Source: a virus | Taxonomy: Duplodnaviria; Caudoviricetes | Length of the DNA: 57,086 bases | Virus record (IMG/VR): IMGVR_UViG_3300030328_001660 | Span: 1-57,086 of that record | Reading direction: 5' to 3' (one strand) | Shown: piece after piece, positions 30,199 to 37,861 of the stretch | Numbering within the stretch: position 1 is the stretch's first letter | Layout: the number at the start of each line of letters is the position of its first letter | The notes under the pieces: generated by a model | Database searches by the model: none | What the model saw: only the letters and a program-made list of their open reading frames with translations | What the model was told of the DNA's origin: nothing | Program-made: the position numbers and the translations under genes

Positions 30199-30779
30199 TA
30201 TTTGCTACACTTTCTTTATGTCTTTTTCAAGAAGTATGCCATCCCCCTTTAATTAGTTTTGGTGTACATAGAGAAGCTTTAGATGATGGATGGACGCACT
30301 CAACTGGTGGTATGGCTTCGGACACTAGAGTAATTGAAGTGGACTATTACGATAACAGAGCTATAGCAGAAACCGAGTTTACATCGCAAGGTCAAGTAAC
30401 ACTGACAAATACTTCACATGGGTTCATGCCGGAAAACAGAAAAATAAAATATCGCCATAAGGTACAAGTCCCTAGAGGGGACTATGTGATATCACAATCG
30501 CATAGCCCTCACGATTATGAAGTGTGTGCAGCTAACGGTGAGATAACTTTCTATACCGAAAAGATCCTACCCCGACAAGATCCCTATGTACAAGAGTGGG
30601 CGTATACCGTGGAGATACAACCTTGGGGTGATCTAAATAGTGATGGTCGAATTAATGGAGGAGACTTAGGATTGTTATTCGGTGACTGGGGACTACCCGG
30701 AGATGGGGACTTGAATGAGGATGGAATTACCGATGGAGAGGATCTCGCTATTCTACTAGAGAATTGGAATGATTATTAA
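30195..30779 (+). CDS. Protein with C-terminal dockerin/EF-hand-like duplicated repeat
   Basis: 'GDLNSDGRINGGDLGLLFGDWG' and 'GDLNEDGITDGEDLAILLENW'. Short hydrophobic N-terminus. Confidence 0.75.
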   Translation: MIFATLSLCLFQEVCHPPLISFGVHREALDDGWTHSTGGMASDTRVIEVDYYDNRAIAETEFTSQGQVTLTNTSHGFMPENRKIKYRHKVQVPRGDYVISQSHSPHDYEVCAANGEITFYTEKILPRQDPYVQEWAYTVEIQPWGDLNSDGRINGGDLGLLFGDWGLPGDGDLNEDGITDGEDLAILLENWNDY

Positions 30780-30873
30780 AATCGACTAGGGGGTCGAAAA
30801 TTTATCTGGGGGCATGTACAGTAAATGGGAATCCTGTTTTCCCCCTTAACCCCTTGTTCTTGAAAGGAACAAA

Positions 30874-31212
30874 ATGAGTATTCTTATCTCAATCGTCTGG
30901 TCAATCTTTGTCATCGGAACCTTTGCCTTTGGACTGGCATGCCTCACGATCAACTTCTGGAACCGGCAGAGGGAAGAGCCGGGGGACATGAAGCAGGTCA
31001 TCTGCCAGAAGGAGTTGCCGAACGGGCTGATCGTCTGGACCAGAGAATGGAGGAACATGAACTCACCGGAGTTCGATGAGGTGTTCACGGAGCTTGACAG
31101 CAACCACGAAAACCCCACCTACATCGTACATCACAACCAAGGCAGACACGCCAACATCAAGGTACTCAACAATGCATACTCTCGACCCGAGCTTCCCTGC
31201 AAGCCTGAGTGA
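30874..31212 (+). CDS. Hypothetical membrane protein, first gene of GC-rich early region
   Basis: GAAAGGA RBS, N-terminal TM helix, GC3-rich codons. Confidence 0.7.
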   Translation: MSILISIVWSIFVIGTFAFGLACLTINFWNRQREEPGDMKQVICQKELPNGLIVWTREWRNMNSPEFDEVFTELDSNHENPTYIVHHNQGRHANIKVLNNAYSRPELPCKPE

Positions 31213-31319
31213 CACACACACCGCCTCAGCTCCCTTCACTGGGGGCATGAGGCATTCCGCAGGACTAACTTCGTCAACGTGACGAACTAACCCTGCTTAC
31301 TCTAATGGAGGGTATCCTT

Positions 31320-31709
31320 ATGGATGCTACCATTACCGTACATCGGCGTAGCATTGGTACGCCGATTGAGTTCAGGACGAACGTCCTGTTCGCGTCTTCT
31401 TTCGAGAAGGCACTTCAGGATGGCAACGGCTCGGAGCTGGAGCAGATGATCGACAAGATCAAGAAGCTTCACGACTACGTGCCGGAGACCGAAGACAGCT
31501 TCGTCTCGGAACCTCATGTTTTCAACACGATTCGTGCTGACGGACATCGATGGTACTGTGTCGCTCGTACCTGCGTCACGGCTCAGGAGTTTGAGAGTCT
31601 CAAGAGGAATCGTCTGGAAATCATGTGGGTTCCCGAACCCTACCAGACCCTCACCGACTGGACCTTGGACATCAAGGAAGCGTCTAGGGATATCAAGCTG
31701 TTCGTCTGA
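31320..31709 (+). CDS. Hypothetical early protein
   Basis: GGAGG RBS before ATG 31320 (track start 31305). Strongly GC3-biased codons. Flanked by hairpins. Confidence 0.7.
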   Translation: MDATITVHRRSIGTPIEFRTNVLFASSFEKALQDGNGSELEQMIDKIKKLHDYVPETEDSFVSEPHVFNTIRADGHRWYCVARTCVTAQEFESLKRNRLEIMWVPEPYQTLTDWTLDIKEASRDIKLFV

Positions 31710-31723
31710 ACTCACACGGAACC

Positions 31724-31916
31724 CCTCACTGTTCCCGAAAGGGAATGGTGAGGATTAGGAGCGGCTAGCCTCAAGGACGAGGTTAACCCGCAAAGAGATA
31801 CGTACTCCTCTACGCAAGGATGTGTAGTGTGGTGGAGTGAGTGTGATTCTCCCGGCCTAGTTGTATTGTTGGGCGGGAGCTAGCCTTACTGTTCCTTAAC
31901 AGGAGTAGTGAGGATT
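31724..31916 (+). repeat. Two related 13-bp hairpins (processing sites or terminators)
   Basis: CCTCACTGTTCCC-GAAA-GGGAATGGTGAGG-ATT (31724) and CCTTACTGTTCCT-TAAC-AGGAGTAGTGAGG-ATT (31884). Confidence 0.7.
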
Positions 31917-31983
31917 GGGTCTAGCGATGTGCTAGGCTCGGTCACTAATGAGTTGCCTCTTAGAGGCAGAAAGGTTCTTCAAA

Positions 31984-33807
31984 ATGAAGATCCAACTCAG
32001 TAACGGCCAGAAGGATGCAATCCGTGCAAAGACGGATTCCATTCTCCGGTCACGCTTGCGGGGATGGCTCCGCAGGTGGGGAACGTCAGAAACGGCGGTC
32101 CAACGGATGATGCAGGAAATGATCGTAGGATTGTGGATGACCTTCCACAAGGATCTCCCGAATGATCTGGTCCCCTTCAAGAAGAAGGGTGTTCAGGTCG
32201 GAGACATGACCGAGATCAGTGGTCTGCAACTGATGTCCATTCAGGCTTTCAACGTCCTTGACGACAAGCTTGCGTGGGTTGAGGCCAACAAGCATCGTTG
32301 GATTCCGGAGAAGCGTGTCATCTGGCACGCGGAACCCCCGAAGCTCGATGGGGTTTACACCCCGCGAGTTGCACGGAGAGTCGATCTCGAGGTCGGCTCC
32401 ATGAGGTCTGAGTTCATGCAGACCGTCACCAACACCCGGTATGTGGTGAACCAAGATACCCTTCGGGACATCTTGGCCTACCGGGAATCGCTGTCCAGAG
32501 AGAAGGCGAACAGCATCATGTACGAACGTGAGGCTGATGTCTTCGGTGATCTGGAGTTCAACAGCACGGGTGACATGGCTCTCTTCGAGTCTCTCTCTGG
32601 GGTCTCTGACCCCGGCTGCATCGCCTTGGATTCCCAAGACGAGGCAGGGCGTTTCTACGCCGAGTTCGGTCCCATGTACAGTCGCTTTCTCAGGGCTGCG
32701 ATGGGTCACGAATGGGAGGCACTCACCGAAGAGGGTGCGTTCATGTTTCGGAAGTACTTGGCCGACAAGTACGGAAAGAAGGATGACCTCGAGTTGGATA
32801 ACTGGTCCAAGAGCATCGATGAGAACGGGTTGCAAGTTCTCGTCAACCACCACAAGAAGGGTGCGGACATGCTGTCGGATGCCCGTGGTTGGAAGGAGTT
32901 CCGCCAGACCGGAGGCACTTGCCTCCCGGCGAAGCGGGACTACATCGCCCAAGGACTGGGAATCATCGCTGCCTTGCAGGGAGCGTCTTCGCATCGCCAA
33001 TTGGTGGACACGGCTCACCCCGACCACCGATCGGCACATGCCATCTTCTCGGATGACCTGAGAGCTATGTTCAGGTCGTTGCGTGGCTACACCGCCGAGG
33101 AACTCAAGCCCATCTCCAAGAACTGCTTGCTGCCCGGCCCCTATGGGGGCGGAAAGCTCGCCATTGCGGCGAAGCAGTCCGACATGGAATGGGATGCCGT
33201 TGCCGGTGATTGGAACTACGGCGAAGATGGTGATCGCGTTCCGGACATCCATCCCTTGTTGGAGAGCCTTCTCCCTCAGGGTGACGTTCGGGCGAAGATG
33301 GAAGCTCTTGTCAAAGAGAGCAGCAAGATGGCGAGACTCATGCACAAGCGGTTCCCCTTCCTGAAGCCCTTTCAGGAGAGGGTCGTCGCTAATTGGCACT
33401 CACACTCGGCACGGGGCGAATGTCCCATCTTCGAGTACAAGTCTGGGTATCGCCTTCCGGCGGCACCCATTCGGATGAACAAGAAGTGGACCACTCACAT
33501 CAGGGGCTACAAGGTCCTTGCTGATGGTTCCAAGATTCGTCCGGGTGTCACCGTCTTCAAGCATGATCTTAACGAAGACGGGACGGACTGGATGGCGAAG
33601 AGTGCGTTCAGGCGTGACTCTGATATCGTCTGCCACACCGGCTTGATGCTGGCAGAAGCAGGCGTGAAGAATCAGGATCACGTTCACGACATGCACCGAG
33701 TGGGATGGAACCACGTCACCCTCCTCGACCGGGTTTCGGTTGAGGCGTACAACGTGGTCTGTGGGACCGACCTTCCCGCAGATGCCAAGCTTCTCGCATC
33801 TGACTAA
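31984..33807 (+). CDS. Divergent, short single-subunit (T7/Pol A fold) RNA-polymerase-like protein
   Basis: Motifs in the correct order: DEAGRFY (nt 32638), motif A 'DYIAQGLGIIAAL' (32938), motif B 'KPISKNCLLPGPYGG' (33106), 'AFRRDSDIV', motif C 'VHDMH' (33682). GAAAGG RBS before ATG 31984 (track start 31948). Confidence 0.75.
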   Translation: MKIQLSNGQKDAIRAKTDSILRSRLRGWLRRWGTSETAVQRMMQEMIVGLWMTFHKDLPNDLVPFKKKGVQVGDMTEISGLQLMSIQAFNVLDDKLAWVEANKHRWIPEKRVIWHAEPPKLDGVYTPRVARRVDLEVGSMRSEFMQTVTNTRYVVNQDTLRDILAYRESLSREKANSIMYEREADVFGDLEFNSTGDMALFESLSGVSDPGCIALDSQDEAGRFYAEFGPMYSRFLRAAMGHEWEALTEEGAFMFRKYLADKYGKKDDLELDNWSKSIDENGLQVLVNHHKKGADMLSDARGWKEFRQTGGTCLPAKRDYIAQGLGIIAALQGASSHRQLVDTAHPDHRSAHAIFSDDLRAMFRSLRGYTAEELKPISKNCLLPGPYGGGKLAIAAKQSDMEWDAVAGDWNYGEDGDRVPDIHPLLESLLPQGDVRAKMEALVKESSKMARLMHKRFPFLKPFQERVVANWHSHSARGECPIFEYKSGYRLPAAPIRMNKKWTTHIRGYKVLADGSKIRPGVTVFKHDLNEDGTDWMAKSAFRRDSDIVCHTGLMLAEAGVKNQDHVHDMHRVGWNHVTLLDRVSVEAYNVVCGTDLPADAKLLASD

Positions 33808-33829
33808 TCCTTCTGGCTAACCAACCGAT

Positions 33830-33862
33830 CTCCCCTGCCCTAACGGGTGGGGGAGTTTCTTT
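33830..33862 (+). terminator. Intrinsic terminator after the second RNAP gene
   Basis: CTCCCCTGCCC-TAAC-GGGTGGGGGAG followed by TTTCTTT. Confidence 0.85.
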
Positions 33863-34195
33863 CACAACGGGGGATACGCTAAATCGATTGCCTTAGCAAT
33901 CAGAGTGTGTATTATCTTTGTCCCGGTCCGGGTACGTCCCCGCGTATGTATGGTGGTGGTGATCCGGACGACCCCTGCGCTCGGCCCCTCAAAGCCGGGG
34001 CCGAGAAACTCTAAGCAGTGAACGCCGAGCACTAGGCGTTAAAAGTGGGTGTAATAGTAGGTTGTATCCACATACCTAGGTTTGTCCCTAGGTTTTGAGA
34101 TTTTTATGGGTGTGTGGGTGGGTAGTCACATACCTGACTGATAACTAGGCTTGTACACCTTAGGTCAGTCCTTAGGTCTACCCCGGAGATGATCA

Positions 34196-34450
34196 ATGAC
34201 CACCATTATCATCAAGAAGAAGAAGGCCCGCAAGGGTCCACCTGCGGACGATGCTCCTGTTACTGAGAAGGTTGCATACTGGGACGAGCGTTTCAGGCAG
34301 TGCTATGGCACTGAAGTTGCAGTCTCAGAAGGCACAGCCAAGGAGCAGCAGCGTTGGCCGGACCACAAGCGAGCCGAGATCGACCAGATGTGCAAGGAAT
34401 TGGACATCCAACACCACGATGAGGATGGAAACGTACTCACGCTGGCGTAG
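34196..34450 (+). CDS. Hypothetical protein
   Basis: GGAG RBS, 84 aa, Lys-rich N-terminus, GC3-biased codons. Confidence 0.65.
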   Translation: MTTIIIKKKKARKGPPADDAPVTEKVAYWDERFRQCYGTEVAVSEGTAKEQQRWPDHKRAEIDQMCKELDIQHHDEDGNVLTLA

Positions 34451-34560
34451 GGTAACCTGCGTCATCGAGGGTCTGCTCTTTTCTCACCAAGCCCTGAGAG
34501 GCTCTCACGTAGCTTCTCAGGGCATTCGCTCTTTCTCTCGGGCCTCGGTATACCTATGGT

Positions 34561-34815
34561 ATGCCGGGGCCTTTACACAAGCACAGGGAGCCACACATGT
34601 GGGAATTCTTTTGTAATGCAGAAGGCGAAGTCTGGGTGGCATACTGTCACGATACTTACACAGCACACGTTTTGCTGGATGAGCGTCGTGGGTTGTATGA
34701 CCCTGACCCAAAGATCCCTCAGCATGTCATCGAGGCATGGAGGACTTGCCGTGAACTCGGCTACTCCTCGGGTCTGCAAACGGAGAACTGCGGAGGTGCG
34801 TTCATCAATGATTGA
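34561..34815 (+). CDS. Hypothetical protein
   Basis: 84-aa ORF whose stop overlaps the start of the sigma-like gene. The true start may be the internal Met after GGGAG. Confidence 0.5.
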   Translation: MPGPLHKHREPHMWEFFCNAEGEVWVAYCHDTYTAHVLLDERRGLYDPDPKIPQHVIEAWRTCRELGYSSGLQTENCGGAFIND

Positions 34816-35293
34816 AGAGAACGATCTCCGGATTGCGAGGTGGAGATTATCCCGTAAGGGTTGTCCTCAGGATTTACTGGAGGACTATATCAACACTGCC
34901 GTTGTTTGTTTGTTAGAACAAGAGGAAGTAATTGAGGGTAAGCTAGGCATAGGTAATTGGTTGGGTCGTGTGGCCTTTTACAAATGGGTAGATGACCGCA
35001 AGAAACTATCCTTCAGGAAAACCAGAGGTTGGCCGAAGGACAATGAGGGAGAAGACTCAGAATTTCAGGGGGATCACATCCCTCCAGATCAGTTAGTGTT
35101 AGACAGGGAAGAAGCTGACCTTCAGGAGAAACATGTGATGAATCTCATCCATGAAGGGACGGTCATGCAGCAAGACGTAGCACATCTTGTGGCACGCTCT
35201 CCTCTGAAGAAGGGCAGAAAGGTTGCAGCAATAGTTAGAGGTGTCTCTTACCAAGCTACTGCTGTCGCCCTGAATTCCTACCGCAAAAGATAA
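34808..35293 (+). CDS. ECF (sigma-70 group 4)-like sigma factor
   Basis: GGAGGT RBS. Region 2-like 'DLLEDYINTAVVCLL...NWLGRVAFYKWVDDRKK' and region 4-like 'QQDVAHLV...KVAAIVRGVSYQATAVALNSYRKR'. 161 aa from ATG 34808. Confidence 0.6.
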   Translation: MIEENDLRIARWRLSRKGCPQDLLEDYINTAVVCLLEQEEVIEGKLGIGNWLGRVAFYKWVDDRKKLSFRKTRGWPKDNEGEDSEFQGDHIPPDQLVLDREEADLQEKHVMNLIHEGTVMQQDVAHLVARSPLKKGRKVAAIVRGVSYQATAVALNSYRKR

Positions 35294-35929
35294 CAAATAT
35301 TTCCACTCTAGATCAAGGGTGGAAGGGGTAGCCTAACAAGACTTTATCTTAGGTCTAAGGCATCACTCAAAGGGGTAGCACCTTGTACCAGAGCCAATCG
35401 GTGAGGTACAGCCCGACGCAGGGCTACGAGTGGGTACGAAGTAGAGTATCAACGAACTTGATAAGATCTCGAAAAGTTCTGGGTAACACAAGAAGTCCCA
35501 GCCCCACACTAAACACGCGGCTAGGTCATCACCGGAGACTATGGGTCACGCCATAGTTCTCCTATGGTGGTGATCTCAGCTAGAACGCACCATCACCTGA
35601 GCATGTGGTGTAATAAACTGCTTCACTTGTCTATCGCATTGCTCTGGACAAATGACTCGTTTGGGCGAGCCTAAATAGTTCTTAAGCCCAAAGCGGGCTA
35701 CAGCTTAGACAATACTCTGGTTGTAGCCGTGAAATCCTTCTAGTGTTAGTAGCGTACCCGTGAAAGCACCCAAAGGTGTACATGAAACATACTGGGAAGT
35801 ATCGGTTCAAGTCCGATCATCGGAGATATCCGACACAGATCCTAGGTAGGGCCTGAGAAGGGCCTGTAGTGTAATCGGCAGCACGCCCGTATGTTCTTGT
35901 GCTTAATAACCCAACATGAAAGGTAAGTA
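35294..35929 (+). ncRNA. Candidate large structured non-coding RNA region
   Basis: No + strand ORF of 60 aa or more over ~640 nt. Continuous stem-loops, an H-type pseudoknot and tRNA-like arms. Confidence 0.45.
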
Positions 35930-36373
35930 ATGGGAAACATCTTTGATGATCTCAATGCAGACGATCAGTTTATTGAAGCTGATGTAAGAGATGAGGTTAC
36001 TAACGAACCCATCAATACTGACATTGACTTTTGTAGTTTGGTTGTTAGTGAATACGCCAATAAAGTATCTCTCCATATTGAAAACGATATGGGTATACCT
36101 GATCCAGTTGGCTTGTTCCTTCCAGAAAACAAGGTTGATATCCAAGAAGCGATCAATCAAACGCTTAAGGATCACCCCGGCATTTGGATTAGGTGGGAAC
36201 ACGGCTCGTTTAAGGGTGTTCACTTCCAAATCAGACGAGGCAATGGGGTAAAGGAACGATTCTTTAGGACTGACACTAAGGGTGCATTTGCTCGGCGTAA
36301 AATCTACGCCCAGAGAAATCCTGATAGTGTTGTGAGTTTCACTATGTTCCCTGAAGAATCACAAACATTTTGA
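35930..36373 (+). CDS. Hypothetical protein
   Basis: GAAAGGT RBS, 147 aa. Confidence 0.7.
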   Translation: MGNIFDDLNADDQFIEADVRDEVTNEPINTDIDFCSLVVSEYANKVSLHIENDMGIPDPVGLFLPENKVDIQEAINQTLKDHPGIWIRWEHGSFKGVHFQIRRGNGVKERFFRTDTKGAFARRKIYAQRNPDSVVSFTMFPEESQTF

Positions 36374-36465
36374 CTATAGTGCTAACCGTGACAGCAAGGT
36401 AAGTGTGAAGAGGCACGGATGAGGTCGGCTGGAACCAAGAGTAGAAATGCCAGTCATCTATTATT

Positions 36466-36660
36466 ATGAAAGAACTACCACTAAGAATACTGTCATTGCT
36501 TATTGTATTAGTTTTGTGGGCAGCATTTGTCTGCTTCTCATGGCTGGTACTAAGCTTGCTTTTTTACGCACAACAATCGTGCGGAACTTGGACACTGGCT
36601 ATTATTATAGGCAGCGTATATACTTTATCAATCATCTTTAAGATGTGGAAGGAACACTAA
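36466..36660 (+). CDS. Small membrane protein
   Basis: Two hydrophobic segments; TAATG coupling to the next gene. Confidence 0.55.
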   Translation: MKELPLRILSLLIVLVLWAAFVCFSWLVLSLLFYAQQSCGTWTLAIIIGSVYTLSIIFKMWKEH

Positions 36661-36944
36661 TGGTTAAAGAATTTATTCATAAAGGGAAGACAATTAAGGT
36701 CAACCCTAATGTAAGGAACTGTTATGAGGATCCTTCTGGTCTTAATACTATTCAACGGCTGCACCTTAAGGGGGAGCTGGATGTATACGCACCCATCGTA
36801 GCATACGATGAACGCTGGTCAACAAAGATGAAGAAGAATGGGTACTGGGAAGACTTCGAGTCAGCCTCTCCTATTCCTAATACTAAGAGACGCAACGATC
36901 TTCCTCCTATTTATTTGCAATGGAAAGATGCTGCAAAGTCTTGA
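36660..36944 (+). CDS. Hypothetical protein
   Basis: GAAGGA RBS before ATG 36660. Confidence 0.6.
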   Translation: MVKEFIHKGKTIKVNPNVRNCYEDPSGLNTIQRLHLKGELDVYAPIVAYDERWSTKMKKNGYWEDFESASPIPNTKRRNDLPPIYLQWKDAAKS

Positions 36945-37079
36945 GTCAGTATTACAAGAAGCTAGCAAAAGTAGCTAAGGAAAAGAACTGGTCTCATCGT
37001 AAGCTCGGTGAGTTTATTAAAAAGAATAAGGGCAAACCGCCCTCAATTGCACTAAAGAATTTAGAAAAGGAATCTTAAT

Positions 37080-37607
37080 ATGGGTATGGATGTATCAGGG
37101 ATTAACCCTACTGTAGTTGGCACTGAACCTAAGTGGCCTGAGAACTTCCGAGATCTCTCGGACGCAGAGCAGGACGCATGGTACGAAGCCAAGAACAAGT
37201 TCTATGAGAACAACCCCGGCGTTTACTTTCGAGCAAACTGCTGGTCATGGCGACCTATCATGGAAGCCATGTGGGAAAGCGGAGCTTGTTACGAACTCGA
37301 AGATAAAGAATGGGAGCACATGTCCTTCAACGACGGGGCTGGTGCAAAGAATCAAGAAACTTGTGACCGAATGGTTTCCAAGCTTAAGATTTGGCTGAGT
37401 GAACAGCAATGGGACAACAATAACCAATGGACTCCCGCTGCTTTTGATACGGATGACATGCAGATTGATATGAACGGTACGTTTATTAATAAGGAAAAGG
37501 CACTGGAAGAAAACATTGCGACCAGATCGCCTTATTCTGTACACAAGGAACATCTTGAAGAGTGGATTACTTTCCTTGAACATTGCGGAGGATTTGAAGT
37601 ATGGTAG
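37080..37607 (+). CDS. Hypothetical phage protein
   Basis: AAAGGA RBS, 175 aa, 'PGVYFRANCWSWRPI...FLEHCGGFEVW'. Confidence 0.7.
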   Translation: MGMDVSGINPTVVGTEPKWPENFRDLSDAEQDAWYEAKNKFYENNPGVYFRANCWSWRPIMEAMWESGACYELEDKEWEHMSFNDGAGAKNQETCDRMVSKLKIWLSEQQWDNNNQWTPAAFDTDDMQIDMNGTFINKEKALEENIATRSPYSVHKEHLEEWITFLEHCGGFEVW

Positions 37608-37861
37608 AAGAAACAAAATATTGTCGTAGAGAATGTATCCGATTTCCTTCAGGGACTTATTACCTAGTGTCTCGGGTAGAACTACCCGGTACATACGACG
37701 ACTGGGAGACTATGATCTTCCCTGCAAATGAAAAGGGGGAAGTGATTAGCTGGCTAGAGGAGTACTGTCATCGTGGATACGAACCAATTATCGACACTGT
37801 TATCAAGTTCGCAGAAACAAGAGGACTTGAGCTTTCCGATGTGGAAGGTGACTTGGATTGA
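37601..37861 (+). CDS. Hypothetical protein
   Basis: GGAGG RBS, 86 aa. Confidence 0.6.
   Translation: MVEETKYCRRECIRFPSGTYYLVSRVELPGTYDDWETMIFPANEKGEVISWLEEYCHRGYEPIIDTVIKFAETRGLELSDVEGDLD

Noticed and set aside
9532-31968. GCCTC-NNN-GAGGC mini-hairpins before the RBS at ~9533 and ~31955 as N4-type hairpin promoters
   Set aside because: Only two instances, with different loops and no match to the N4 loop consensus.
32086-33399. 437-aa minus-strand ORF antisense to the second RNAP
   Set aside because: In-register shadow of a GC3-biased gene that avoids TTA/CTA/TCA codons. It has no motifs, and all real genes are on +.
34556-34807. N-terminal 84 aa of the 245-aa ORF
   Set aside because: It overlaps a more plausible ORF in another frame. 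The RBS and sigma-like similarity start at 34808.
35760-35890. Permuted two-piece tmRNA
   Set aside because: The 5' and 3' pieces do not form an alanyl acceptor stem with G3-U70 and CCA, and no tag reading frame is evident.
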